A stretch of 56,989 nucleotides of DNA from Saprolegnia diclina VS20 (GCF_000281045.1 NW_008246129.1:3122-60110), one strand, 5' to 3'; numbered from the stretch's first letter, positions 35,146-50,100 are shown. Notes: generated from the letters alone by a model not told the origin. Program-made: numbers and translations.

Positions 35146-38100
35146 ATGGGATGGAAGATGACGCTGCTCGGCGGCCTCGCTGCCTGCTGCGGCGCCCTCG
35201 TCAACGCCGACCAAGTCGCGTCCAGCGGCAGCTCGTACCTTGTCAGCCGTCCGACCAAACTCGGCGCCACGGCCACGTCCTGGTACGGTCCCTGACGCCG
35301 CGCTACCTATGGAAGATTCCTTGGTCGTAGGCCGACAGAGTACGGGGCTGTGGGCGTCACGACCGCCAATGTAGCATCCGACGGGTCGCTTGCATGGTCC
35401 GACACCGTCGGGTCCGGCGACACGGAGATCGTGGGCGGCAATGCGCTCGACGCGGCAGGCAATGTCTACGTCGTCGGCTCGACTCGCGGCAACATGACGT
35501 CCAACAACGCCAACGCAGGCAACTTTGACTGGTTCATCCTCAAGTACTTGCCGTCCGGGGCGCGCAGCTGGACCAAACAGGTTGGACACACGAGAACACA
35601 CGGCAGTGGATGCTGCATCTCGATAAATAGGTGGGCACACCGGCGCACGACGAAGCGCGGACTGTCGTCGTGACCACCGAGGCCGACGGCAACGACTACA
35701 TTTACGTCCTTGGTGTCACGTACGGCGCCATGGATGACACGCTGCATGTCTCGAACGGGTACCGGCAGTTTGGTGGTCGCGACCTCTTTTTGTACAAGCT
35801 CACTACGGCGGGCGCCAAGCTGTGGAGCCGACAGGTAGTCTGTCTTGACTATGAGTGTATCATGATTGATTTTGTAGTTTGGGACGTCGGGCGACGACTA
35901 CGCTTACGGCGTGACCATCGACGCTGGACAGCTTCTCGTATCGGGTGGTGCCCCCGGAACACAGTTTCTCACTGCGTTCAACACGTCGGGCGCCATGACC
36001 GACATGGTGGCCGACGGTGGTGTGACGATCCTTCCGATCCAAATGCGTTTGGCCGAAGGCGACAGCACTGTCGGCAAGTATACTGTCGTGTTGAACCGAC
36101 AGCCGACGGCGTCCGTCACCATTTCGGTGACGCACCCCGCGTTGGTCGCCCCGAGTGGACAGCCGTACGGCGTTACACGTTCAAGTGGTCGCTCACGCTG
36201 GCGTAGGCTCCCCCAAGTGAGGCTTTCGACAATGACGCTGGTCTTTAACGCGTCGAATTGGAACCTCCCGCAAGCCGTGACGGTCACGGCCATTGACGAC
36301 GCGATCTGTGAACATACACACTACGCTGCGGTCTCCCACGCGGTGAGTAGCAGCGACAAGCACTTTGCACCGTCGACGCCATTTGTGCTGGGGCGACAAC
36401 TGCTCTTTACGATTCGCGACAACGACGTCGCCAGCATTGCGCTGTCACGACAGCACTTGTATGCTGTCGAAGGCGGCGCGAGAGACACCTACAGGTAGTA
36501 TCTGTTATGTGAGGGGGGCGCTTGATATTCGTGCGTAGTATCGTGCTTACATCGCAGCCGTGGCAAAACGTACTCGTGACAGCAATGGCCCTGCGACCAC
36601 TTCAGACTCAGCTGCACCCGACGACAGTCGAGTTTAACAGCAGCAACTGGAACACTCCGCAGTGGATCTCGGTCACAGCAGTTGACGATGCCGTCTCGGA
36701 GAATGAATTTGGCGGCGTCCATGCCGGAGGTACAGTCACACACGTGGCGTCGAGCTTGGACGCCAACTACAACACCCGCCAACCATCATGCTACTATGTG
36801 GCTACCTGCAACTGCAGCGGCGTGGTCACGCGCGGCAATTGCTCGACGGTACACTGCATTGGCTTCGCTCCATATTTATGGGTTGGTAGCAACCTACGTC
36901 GTGCCAAGCCGGAACTCCCGCTCTTGTTTGCGATGTCAACGCAACGATTACCGGCAACGGTGAGCTCGTCCCGTTGCTGAGTGGAGGCAATGCCACGGCA
37001 CCTCTGAATGCAATTCCGATGCGCTACGGTGCTGCTGCGCTCAACCCCAACCCGCCGACATCCTCGACAACCTTCATCAACAGCGCACTCGAGACCATCC
37101 AGGTGCCAATGCGACTGGTGCAGCTGCTGCCAGCACCGTTGGATGACGGGTGGGGTGGGGTGTGGACGACGCAAGCTGTTCAGCGTATCAACAGCAGCGC
37201 CATCAACCCCAACCCGCTCAGCTACATCGTGTCGGGGCTCAACCTCTCGGCTGTACCGGCAGACGTTGCTGGCTACGTCTACAGTCTTGTGGTATGCAGT
37301 CTGCATCTGTGAGAGCATGCATGAAGCGTCCCGTAGGCGGTGTCTGACGGTGCTGCTCTGGCCGCACTCGCGCAAAACCAGACGCAATTGGTGTGGGCAC
37401 TGTGCTTGGGCATGCAACGCCTCACGACGCAGCGCTGGGCGTTTGACGCGTGGCCGCCAGGCACGGCCGACCGCGTCCTCGACGCCCTCTTTTTCATTTT
37501 TCCAAATTTGCAAGAACGTCTGTTGTGGAATTGCGGCGGGGCCACCTTTACGCCTAGTGTTGGACTGGACGTGACGGTGTTTGACAATGACCCAGGTCTG
37601 CACCTTGTTGTAATGACGTCCCTGGACTGAATGGGGCGTAGCTGTGACAATCTCCAAGATGCAGCTTCAGGTTGCCGAAGGTAACAAAATGCTGTCAACG
37701 ACTTGAACTACCGCATGGCTCTAGGCGGCGCCACCGACAGCTACTCGGTTGTCCTCAATGCGCCACCGTCCCAAGGGCAAAGTGCAACAGGATCCCTTTG
37801 TGCGTCACCCACGATGTTACCAGACGTCTGCGTCGCCAACTACTCGGCGTCGGGGTACCGGGCAGCCTTTGCTCTGTCACCCACGTCAACGGATACGGTA
37901 CGAGCGCAAATCTTAAAAATCGAAACGTAACGATGGTACCAGGTCACGATCGTGGCGTCGAGCACCGACCAAGTGCAAATAGCTCCTCCGTTTCTTGTGT
38001 TTACCAGCGCCAACTGGTTCGTACCTCAAACGTTTACGGTGACGGCCGTCGCCAACCACAAGGACGATGGGCCGTTGAACTCGACAATCACCCACGCGGT

Positions 38101-41100
38101 ATTTGCGTCTGGCGCTGGCGCGCAGTCGTTTACGTCGGCGGCGTTTTGGATGGCGTCGTGTCTGCCATCGTCGTCGTCTCCGTTCATAGCTCCACCATTG
38201 CCTTACAATGCTCTGCCTGAGGTTCCTGTGTCCTTGGATTTGAGTTTGCTCAGTTTTGTGGGTAGGTCTATTTCGCACCGCAGCACAGTCAAGTGCAAGT
38301 TCTCGTTCTCAATACCGAAAAGGCGGCAGTGTTAGCTTCGACGGCTGCACTGAGTATCAAGGAGATCGACGTGACCGTGGATGCCGCTGCCGTTGGCGCA
38401 ACGTCGACCGGCGTCTGCACCGACAGTCTCACGGTATCGATATATTGTCCTGTGTCGTTCAAGTTGGAAACTGAATCGTATGGCACTAGATGAGCTCGCA
38501 GTCGGGTACCATCACAAACGTACTCTTGCTTGCGACCAACCAGACGTCGCTTGTTCGTTTTCAGCTGCCATTTCTGCACCACAGTGCGTTCAACAGCGTC
38601 TTGGGCTCGGCGACGCTCGAGCTAACGCAGACAAAGTACGCGGTTGTCAACACCACGTGGCTCAACGTGACCACGGCGACGCTCAACCCTACGTTCACGG
38701 TCCGCGTGCGCCTCGTTCAATCCAACTGGACAGAGCCTTCGTTTGCGTCCTTGCCGCCACCGATGCTCATTCCACCGGTCGTTCTCAACATCACGATGAT
38801 CAATTCGGTCTTGCGTCTGGACGTAACGCGGCTCGTGGCCGCCGTTGGTGCGTCCTTGCCGCTGCTGAGCTTTCAAGTTGACGTGCTTGCGGCCAGCGCA
38901 ACCGTTCAAGTCCACGCGCGAAGCGACCCTGAAAACTTGGCGCCTTCCCTCGTCCTGCGTACCCACTTTCCGAACTTGCTGCTGAACCAACCTACGCTTC
39001 AGAGCCCGAGCAGTAGCAACAGCGGTGCGGCCGTCGATGGTAACGTGACGTCTGTGATGCCCGACGCCTTCTCTTGGTGGCAAGTCACTCTTCCGAGCGT
39101 GCTGCCGCTTGGCACGCTGGCGATTTTCTTGCCGCTCACGACAACGTCTGGTGCACTCGCAGTCGTCGTGTCGACGGCGCCGTTGCCAGCCGATTGGACG
39201 CTCGCCACGGGACCATCCAACGGCGTTCTCGTGCACAACATAACGATCCGCCGCCCCGTGCTCGTGTGGCCGATTCCGGGTGCCGGGCAGTACATTCGAC
39301 TCTACGCCCAGCCCGACTTGCAGATCCTTCTGCGCGAAGTACAGCTATATCCACGCAGTGTCAACGTCACAACCACGGACGACGGGTACAGTGTCCGCGC
39401 CACCAATTGGGTCTCGGAGGCCAAAGTCAACCCAAATTACGACACACGCCAAGTGTGGACGCTCGCGTCGGGGGCCAATGTCCGAAGCGACAACGTCGCA
39501 CTTGGAATCCCGAGTACTTTGAGCACAACCGCGACCACTCCCATTACGACGCTGTCGACAACGTTTGAGACCAACCCGTACTGGGAAATGGATCTTGGCA
39601 CTGTGCAGTCGATTGGCGCCGTGTCGTTGCGCCTCGCCCGGTCGCTGGCTGAAGCTACGTTGTGCAAAAGTCCTACTATGCCAACCGCGCCCAACACCAT
39701 CTCCAGCTTCACCTCGGTATGTGCCTCACCATTAGTTAGCCCTGCGTTGTAGCTCCAAGTCGGCGCATGTAGGCGCGGCTACGCCTTTCGAGTAGCCCCA
39801 TGACGGCCACTGTCAACGCAACCGCTGAGAAAAGCTGGACGAGTTCGCTTAGCGCTTGCTTTGACTTGACGCTGTCGTGGCCCATGTTTGCCTCTGGACG
39901 GTAGATCTCCGACCATGTACAGGACATTCGGCATGGAATTGATCGTAGGTACCTGCGCCTTGACATGGTCGGCAGCGGCGCGCTTCACATGACGACCGTC
40001 AATGTCCAGCGGTGGGCGGCCCAATTCTCGCAATATGCTCTGGTGGAGCTGCGCGGCTCGGGTGTATTGCCGCTCGCGTTGCCTGGGTTGCGCTTCTTGG
40101 GTGACAACGAATCCGAGTTGCCGATCCAAGTGTTTGGTGCGAGCTCCAGCGCCAGCGGCGGTTGCTTCTTAGTTGGCGCGGCGCCATCGGTGCGCGAGTG
40201 GGTCGTTGTCGACTTTGGTGCTGTGCGAACGCTGAAAAATGTGGTACTCAGCTTGAGCGTCGCGAGCTGCACCGGCAGCGTTGAGGCACCGAGTGCGATT
40301 TCAGTTTCCGTTTACGGCGACCCTGCATTGACGTACACTCCACCTCTCATCTCGAACGATGCGTGCAGCTGCACAAGCGATGCGTGGGGTCGAAGCTCGA
40401 CCGTACTGCCTGCAAGTTGCAACGGTGTCTGCTCCGGCATTCAGTGCACCACAGCAACGTGCAGCAATGCCGATGGCACGCTTGTACGCCAAGGCACGAC
40501 GCTCTACTGGTCTGCGTTCCGGGACCTCGTCGTCCTCGCGCCCACGGCGAGTCTTCCGACAACGTTACTTCCGTTCACGAGCGGTGCGTACAGTCTTTTT
40601 CTCCTTCGCGACGAACCATTATGGCTGCTGCAACTGAGCGCAACGGCGCCGGATGCCAACGTCTCGGCGACCAACGTGGTGTTTACGACAGCACCGACCT
40701 TTCCAACGACATTTGCAGCGCTGACATCGTCGTCGTCCCTTGTTGTTTCAAGTGTCTTTGGGCGGAGTACGTGGTTTGGCATCTCGTATTTCAACACTAG
40801 GGACGGTACGTTTACGCTCGAGTTTTGGGCTGCGTTCCCTTCGACGGTCCGAGCGGGGTCTCTGGCGGCGTACGCCAGCAGCGCCCGAGCAACGTTTACT
40901 GTCGGCTTATTTGCAAACCAGACGCTGTACTTTTCCTTGTCCGACCAAGGAATCACGTCGACGGTCGTGGGGCCCGTCGCGCTCTCGTCACCAGGAGTGA
41001 CGCCAACCACGTGGCATCACATCGTTGCCGTCTACGACTGGAAGCAGCAAATTCAGACGCTGTCGGTGAATGCGTGGACACCGGCATCGGGCGCGACGAG

Positions 41101-44100
41101 CATGTTTCTGGGTCAAGTGACGCGGTCTGATACGATTGCCGTTGCAGCCAATGGGCAGCTGACGTTCTCGGGCAGTCTTTGGCTCGCCAATGTGGCGTTT
41201 TACCAGCGGGCGCTGAGCGCTTTTGAAATCCTCGAGCATTTTTACCAGCCGACGCCGACCAAATCGTATGCGATGCTCAACTTTCGGCTAGCAACCAACC
41301 CGATGACGAGCGTCGACGTCAATTTGGTGTCCGAGTTGAGCTGCTACCGCTGGGGTCTTTGCTACGCCAGTGTTTTGCCGCCGACTCTCCGCTTTACGCC
41401 GACGGTACCTCACCACATAACGCTCTCGGATGCAAATATTTGTGTGTAGAATTGGAACGAAACGCAATATGTCTTTGTGCACGCCACGGACGATCTCATT
41501 GCCGAAGGGCTCCACCCCGACGTTGTGACCTACGAGATTCTTGCAGCGGCGACGCGCGCCACGTCCATGACGGTCTTAACACCAGCTTACGCGACGACCT
41601 GCGCGTCGTCCTTGGACACATTCTTCCGAAACTACATTCTTAACGCGACGGAACCCCAAGCACTACCGCTACCGTCTGCGGTCGCCGCCTCTTTTGGCAG
41701 TTTGCAGACATCGTGGGCAGTCCAGAACGTCTCGACAACGATTGTACCAGTACTTGGCTACAGCAATGTCAGTGTGTCGCCGCTTCAGCTCACGATCGCC
41801 GACATCAACGTGGCACGAGTTGAGATTTCAGCGTACTACTTGATGTTGTATGAAGCCGGTCTCGGAGACATTTTCCAAGTTGTGCTCACGGCCGAGCCCA
41901 AGAACGACGTGTACGTGCAGCTCAACGCGTCGACGGACTGCTATCGGTCGTGTGGCGTGGCCACCGCGGCGAACCCGTGCCCCGTGCCATCAACGACGCT
42001 TGGCAACGAGAGTCGTCTGTGCAACTGCACCGTGTCGCCTCTACGATTGCACTTTACGCCGTCAACGTGGAACTTGCCTCAAGCCGTGACGGTGCGTGCG
42101 TCAACAGCGACGCGAGCATAACATATTATAGGTAACACCGACGGACGACCGCCTCGACGAAGCCGACGTGCACTACACAAAAATCGTAGTGACGACCACC
42201 AGCGCCGATCTGGTACTGTCTTTCGAGCAGTCTCCAAGGCATATATCGCGTGGGACTTAGGACTACGATCAAATGTTCCTCGAGAGCATCCGCGTCGCCG
42301 TCGTCGACAATGACGTGTCCAACATTGTCCTATCGACGAAGTCGATTGCGCTGAGTGAGGACGACACGTCCACCGGTACAACGACACTTGGCGACTTTGC
42401 ATGACATGTGCCCCTAGCTGCCGAGTATACGATGGTGCTTGCGACCGAGCCGTGGAGCGAGGTCAACATTACCATCAGCAACGAAGCGACCGGCGGTTGC
42501 TACCGCACGTGCGGCTACCCCATCGATCCGTACGAGGAGAGAGATATAAACGTTCTGAGACACTGGCTGTAGAGCGAGCTGCGGCCTGCCGCGACCCGTT
42601 GCGACCAACTCGATCGAGATCAAGTCGTCGTCAGTCCGCGAGATCCAATCCGTGACCGCCGCCATGACGACGACCAACGGCATACAAATCGTGACGACAA
42701 CGACGACGCACATTGACCCCGTTGTCATCGTGCGGCTCACGGGTGGCTTTGCGCTGCAGACGTACGAGCTCAGCATCACGTTCCCACTTGGCACTACCGC
42801 GAGCAGTACGCTGCCGTATGGCGCAACATTCCAAGTGAGCACGACCACCAGCGTCACGCCACCCTTGGACGGGTTTGTCTCTGCCTCTGCGCTCCAATCA
42901 GCAATCAATGGGCTGCAGCCAGGCTACGTTGTGACGAGAACGACGACGTCGGCGTCATCGGGAGCGCCGATGCTTGTTTGGCGCATCGTCTATGGTGCCG
43001 CGTCTCCATCGGCGCCGATCCTCGTGCTCAACTTTCCCACGTCCTTCCTTGGCACAGGCGTGCTTCGTGCGATTGTGCCGACGGCAGTTGCCCCAACGGG
43101 CGTCGTGGGCTGGAGCTACGGGCCGACGCCGGGGCCCGTGACTGTCGCGTACGGCGCCAGTGCAGCTCAAATGACAACGTACCTCGAATCCATTCCGGGT
43201 ATCAATACTGTGACGGTTCAACGAGCAGTCGTGGACTTTGGCTTCGAGTACACAATCACGTTCACGTCCGTACCAATATACTATGCCACAGTGTCGGTCG
43301 ACACGCGCCAGCTGGTGCTTTCGGCCTCGGCAACGTCCAGTGTCGTCGTCTCGAGCTCGGTCACTCGGTCGCCCAACCAAATCGGTGGTTTTTTCGTATT
43401 GTCGTATCCAGTGAATGCCACGTACACGGGTGTCTCGACACCACTGCGCTACAATGCAAGCGCAAATGAAGTACGTTTCCTCAATTCAGGCTACTTGAAA
43501 GTCAAAATATGAGAATAGGTGATGGCGTCGTTGGCGGGCATCCCGACGCTCGGGCCTGTTTCGGTGCAACAACGCCAACTGACACCCGAGCTTACGTTTA
43601 CGTGGACGATCGAGTTTACCGGCAACGTCGGCCCCGTCAAGAACCTCACAGCACAGTCCGTCAACTTGACAGGGCTTGCATCAGCTGTCATTCTCTCGTT
43701 CGTTCAGCAAGGGGAAATGCTCGGAGGTGGCTTTGCCCTGAGGATCGGGGGCGCCTTCATCAATCAATACGCCACGGGTGAAGTGTACAACCTCAGCGTG
43801 CCGGCGCTGACGACGCCGTACCTTCCATTCAACGCGTCGGCCGCGGCGGTCCAGTCGGCACTGCACGCGTTGCCATTGTTACTGCCACTCGTCGGTGTCC
43901 AAGTAAACCGCATCGATGCTTTCTGCGACACATTTGGACGCTGCCGCCAGTACAGTTGGCAGATAACGTTCGCACAAACACCAGGCAACGTCCCCGAGAT
44001 GGCGGTGCTGAACAACATCACTGGCACTGGCGCGTCCGTCGTCGCGTCGACGGTGGCCAATGGCACGTACCTCAACGGGATGTTTACGATTTCGTTGGCG

Positions 44101-47100
44101 TTGAACGCGACGGGCACTGTCTATACGGGCACCACGTGGCTCCTGCCAGTGAACGTGACGGCCGACGGCGTCAAGGAAGCGCTCGAGGCCTTTCCGTTTG
44201 TGACGTCCAACCGGCTTGAAGACAGCGCATATGACCCGACCAATGCCCTTGCGGTGCCGCGGGCCACGAAAGGCGTCCGAGTCACTCGCACGGGGCCGTA
44301 CCTCGACGGCGGCTACAAGTGGCTTCTTGACTGGTCGCTCAACGACTGGCTCGTCTTTACCAACGTCAATGTCACCGTCAACACAACTCTCATCAGTCAA
44401 GACCTCGTACTCATGCTTTGCTCGGACGTGGTTGTTCACAGTGGTGCGACGTAGGTCCCCGTCACGGTGGCCACGCAATATACCTCGTCGGGGCCGCGTT
44501 GTGCGGTGTACCCCAAGACAGTCTTTCAAGTCGATCCGACAGACGTGTACGTGCTCAGAACGTTATGAAAAATGGTGAAACGCAGGGCGCGTAGGTTTGG
44601 GCTCCGTGGCACGTGTGTCTACCCGCTCCTTGTGAGTGTCAACCCGGAGCGATACCTCTGCAACATGACTGTGACGACGCCCCGCAAGATATTTGATGCG
44701 TCCAACTGGTACATTCCGCAAACCATCGACGTTGTCTCCGTGCATGACCGCCTTGATGAATCGTCGACAGCCACCAACGTGACCATTTCGACACTGACGC
44801 ACGAAGCTTATACGCTCGACTTTATCTACGCCGACGTCAACGTGCCCACCGTGGCGGTCAATGTCACGGACGTAGACCGCGCGCGTGTCGTTGTGTCCAA
44901 GTCGCTCTTGGTGGCAGCGGAGAACGGAAGCATTACGGACACGTATACGCTGGTATTGACGACAGAGCCGCGCGCGTCGGTGCTCATTGTCGTCTACCCG
45001 TACATTGTGTGGACTGACTGCTACCGCTTCGGGTTTTGCAACGTGACCTTGGACACGACAGAGGTACGACGCTGTGTACCCTTTTGATCCAACCAGTCGT
45101 TAGGTTGAATTTACAGTCCAAAACTGGTACATCCCACAGACCGTCTCCATGCGCGCGACGCCCGACCGCTTGGACGAAGCCGATACGCATTTTGGCGGCA
45201 TCTCACACGGCGTGTTCAGTGACGACGTCAAGTACAACGGAACGGCGGTGGCCAACATCACGGTGCAAATCTATGACGCCGATACGTCGGCCGTGATTGT
45301 GACCAAGACAACGCTCGCCATCTCAGAAGCTGGAGCCAGTGACGTCTACGGCGTTGTGCTAGCAACAGAGCCGTGGGCCAAAGTCACCATCACAGCGCTT
45401 TCGAACGGCACCGACAACCTTGGGAACCAAGTGTTGGTCTCGGCGCCATTGGTCTTTACGTGGCTCAACTGGAATGTGACGCAAATGATCACGGTACTTT
45501 CGTGCATCGTAGCATCGCCTCACGCCAAGATGTAGGTATCTCCGATCCACGACAACCGCGTCGACCCGGCGCCACACACAGCGCTGCTACGTCACACGAT
45601 CACGACCAACGATCTCATCTACCGCAACCGCACCGTGGCCAACGTCACAACAACGATCACCGACATTGATGTGGCAGGCGTCGAGCTTTCGTCCACCGCG
45701 ATCTTTGGCGCCGAAGGCAGCACCACTCCGATTGTGTATGGCGTTCGTCTCACCTCCAAACCGTGGTTTCCCGTGCTTCTCACGTTTAATGGCTCGCACA
45801 GCGGATGCGCTTTTGGCATCTGCAACATCACCGTCGTCACGCCGTCCATCGCATTTGACGGCTCCACTTGGTCATCGTGGCAAAACGTCTCTGTCGTTGT
45901 CACGGACGATTTCTTTGACGAAGGCGGACTCCACTCGGCTAACATCTCACATACGCTCACGTCACTCGATAGCGTGGTAGGTCATCGTGACACTTTTCGT
46001 CAGTCCCGTCATACGATGACGCTGTTGTAGTATGCAGCGGTTCGGCCGCCGCTGCTGACGGTGTGGATCACGGACAATGACGTTTCGGGGCTTGTGCTCT
46101 CGTCGACCAGGAACCTAACAGTGGCGCAAGGTAGCTTCAACGCGACAGTGTCACTCCAGCTTTCCAGTGCGCCATGGAGCAACGTGACCGTGCTGCTACA
46201 GATCCCAGCGGAAACCTTCTTGCCCCGGGGCTCGTTTACAGGTGCAACGGTCTCGGAGCCGCTCATCTTTGCGAGCAATTTCCGGAGCCAGACGATCGCG
46301 GCGCTGTCGTTTTCTCTGGCCAACTGGAATGTATCCCAGATCGTTGTGCTAACCGCGCTGCAGACGGGGTCGCCAAAGCCGCTCACCATGTATACATCGC
46401 TTGTAAGTCTGGCGACGTCCCTGGATCGTCGGTACAACGCGTCGGTGCCTGCCCCGTTGTATATTACAGTGCTCGGGAAGGAGGACGTTCCGCCGCCTGT
46501 GCCCCTCGCCGCGACCTTTGATGCGACGGGCGTCAAAATTTTCGTCACCTTTGACAGCAGCGTGTACCAGAACGCAACCATGACTGTGGATCTCAGTCAG
46601 CCGATGACCAACATTGCTGGACGCTACGTGCTACCAAGCCGACCGTTTGGGTGTGACCTCATCTGGAACTTGACGGTCGACACGTCGTACAGTCTTGGTG
46701 CTGGCGCCAACTGTCTCTGGCTCAATCTCACGACGCTGCAAATGGTGCTGGGCGCGGGGGCGTCGATCGCACCTGGCAACGTGCTCCAACTGAACGGGTG
46801 CGGCTCGCAATACGTCTCGACAGCCGGCGTTTGCAGCTCGCCGTTTGTGCTCAAATCCCGCGACTTTAACGTCTTGTTCACGACGGCATCGATTGCTGTC
46901 GCGCTCGGACCGGTCGTTGTGCCTCAAATTGTGCTCGTTGGACCCAAATCCATTGGTCCCTGTGGCGTTCTCTCGCTCGACGCGACCGGATCATCTGGTG
47001 GCGCCAACCGACCGTTTACCGTCCAGTGGTTTGCAATGTTGACCAGTGCACTCGACCCAGCGATCAGCAGCGACAACGTCTCCGCCGTGCACCAGCAAAC

Positions 47101-50100
47101 GCAGCAAATATACGCCAACATTGCGTCGTACTGCACGACGAATGCAACGCTTTTGGTACGCAATATCATATTTCATGTTGTATCCAAGCGGTGGTGGTGT
47201 AGACCAACCCGTTTGGATCCGTCGCCGACCTCAACGCCATGTGCCGCTTGCGCGCGCTGGCGCTAGCGTCAGCGTCGCTGACGTGGCAAGTCAACCGATC
47301 GCTCTTGCTCTCGGGCCGCAACTACGTGGTCGGTGTTCGCTTGACCAACTTTTTTCAACAGGCAGGGCTCGCGTCGCAAGTCGTCGCGACGCTGAGCGAC
47401 CCAGTTCCCGTGGTCTCGATCGTCGGCCCCAGCGTCATGAGCGTACAGCGGACACAAGCGATTTCGATTCAGGCAGCCATTGCGCCAACGACGTCGGGGT
47501 GCATGGCTGCCACAAGCGCCGTCAACTACGTATGGACAGCGACCGCTGTCGACGCCAGTACAAACGCTACCGTGCCGGTCCGACTTGCCAACACAGCAGT
47601 CGACCCGCGCTACTTTGTGCTGTCGCCGAATGCCTTGTCAACCAACTTGAACTACACGCTGCGCATCACGGCGTTCTATGCGTCAGCGCCGGCCGTCACA
47701 AGCGCCGACGTCGTCGTCATCAGTGTCCTTGCGAGCCCGCTTGTCGCGCAGTTTGCCGGTGGGAGCCACGTCGTCGGTGCCCTCGACCCCATTACGCTCA
47801 ATGCTTCAACGTCGTACGATCCCGACCAAGCCGATCGGGTGTTGCAGTATGCGTGGAGCTGTCTCGATGTCACGCCCGTGCTCAACACAACGACAAATAT
47901 GACGTCATCAAGCGGTGGTGTGTGCTGGAATCCGATGACGGATGCAGCTATCAGCTTTGTTGGCGTCAATGGACCCGTCGTGACGCTGCCACCGGGCTCG
48001 TTCGCCGCGCCCAAGATATTGCGCTTCACCGTCGTAGTCACTTTGGCGTGCAGCGTACGCAAACATGTTGATGTATACAAGTGCTTAGATATCCATGCGT
48101 AGGCGTCGGTGGCATGTGGCAGCCGGTCCGCGACGGCAAGTACAGACATTACGACCGTGTCGGGACGCATTCCTGTCGTTCGCATCAGCGCATCGTCGAC
48201 TCTAGTCAACCCAACCTCCAAGGTGCATACAACGTGATGATCTGCGTCCAATCTGAGTGTGAGGTGTAGGTGGTGCTCACACCAAACATCTCTTCGCTCT
48301 ACCCGTACACCACCCTTTGGCGTCAAGATGTGGGCGACTTGAACCTCGCCAGCGGCGGACTCCTTTTTCCGCTCAACGCGACGCAAAATGCGATCGCGCC
48401 AAGCGTGCTCACGCCTGGAAAGACCTACGTCTTTCGACTCACCGCGCTCGACTCGACAGGTAGCGCTGGCTTTGGCACGATCTCGATCACCGTCAACTCA
48501 CCGCCAACGCCCGGTTCCATGAGCATCCTGCCGGCTCAAGGGTACGTACTACATGCCGTGCTGCAATACTAACGGTAGCCAAACTAGGATGGCGATTTCG
48601 GATCTCTTTACGGTGACGTGCGGGGATTGGACGGACGCCAACCTGCCGCTGACGTATGCGTTCGACTTGGTCGTGAATGGCTCGCGTGTACCGCTCGCAT
48701 CTGGCTTGACGCTGCCCAGTACTCAAGTCCGCCTCTATCTCAGCGATGGCACCGAGTCCAACGCTACGGCATGAATGCAAGCGATGGAGGCGAGTGTCTC
48801 ACTCTAAGTTCTAGGTGACAGTTATCGGTCGGGTCACCGACAGCCTTGGCGCCACGTCCACCATTTCCGCGACGGCGCTCGTGCTGCAACCAAAAGCGAC
48901 CAACACGACGTCGTTCTGGTCGACAATCAGCAACGGCACGCTCAGCGACGCGATGCAAGGCGGCAACTTTAACGATGCACTCAACGTGCTCGTCTCCACG
49001 GCGGCCGTGCTCAAAACGCAGCAAGTGTCCGTGGGCGCCTGCAATGCCACGTCCTGCGGTGCCCACGGTACGTCTACCGATGTTATTTTAATGTATTGAA
49101 CCGAACGTAGGCGTCTGCGACGGTACATGCGTCTGCGAGAAAGGGTACTCGGGTGCCGACTGTTCCATTGCCGACGCAGCGCTCAACACGCTCGCAATGC
49201 AGATGCTCGGGTCTCTTCAGTCCGTCGGTACCTCAGTGCAGCCAACGGCCACGACTTTGACCCAAAGTGCGCTCGCACTCAGCAGCATCGTGTCGCTGAA
49301 TTCTCAAGCGACGTCAGTGGACGCATCCAATGTCAAGCAAGCGGCGGCCGTACTGACGTCCATCACCTCGTCCGCGATTACGCTCAAGGACCCGTCCTCT
49401 TTCGTGTCGTCGTCTGGGCCTAGTGTGCTATCGGCGACCGTGCTATTGGCCCAAAACACCAACAACACGGACGTGCGCAATGCAACGTCGGGACGACGCC
49501 TCGCTATCGGTGCGTGCTTTCTTGTGTAGTACGGAGGCTAAAGTAAGTTGTAGCAACGACCACGAGCTACACGCAGCTGCTCGAATCGCTTTTTACCGTT
49601 GTCGCCATCAGCAGTGCCGGCTTATTGCTTGGTCAGGCGCCGGTCGCTCTCACGTCGCCGTCGGCGGCCACCTACTCGGTCCTCGGCAACCTCTTGCCAT
49701 TGCCGCTCGGTGCGCGTACGACGACCGTTGCACTGACACCGGTGACAGCCAACTGCTTTCTCGACACGTACTTTCTCGACGTCGTGGCGTGGACGACGCC
49801 GGTGCATGCGCGATCCTTGCCTACAGCAACGCCTGCGTTGCTTCCGTCGGTCGATATTGGGGTACACACGCTCACGGCGTATGCAGCGGCGCAGTTTCAA
49901 GGTACCTTGAGTGTTTCAAAAATGCTTACGAGCCTCGGGTGTAGGAAAACCGCTGAGCATGTCAACGCTGGACCAAACCGACGCGTGTGTGCTCTACCAG
50001 CAAAACCTTCTCAACACAGACATAAAGCTGCCACTGGTCAACGTGTCGTTTGCCCACGATGCGCTGACGACAGGTCCGCGCTTTGAGACGGCGTGCTTGT

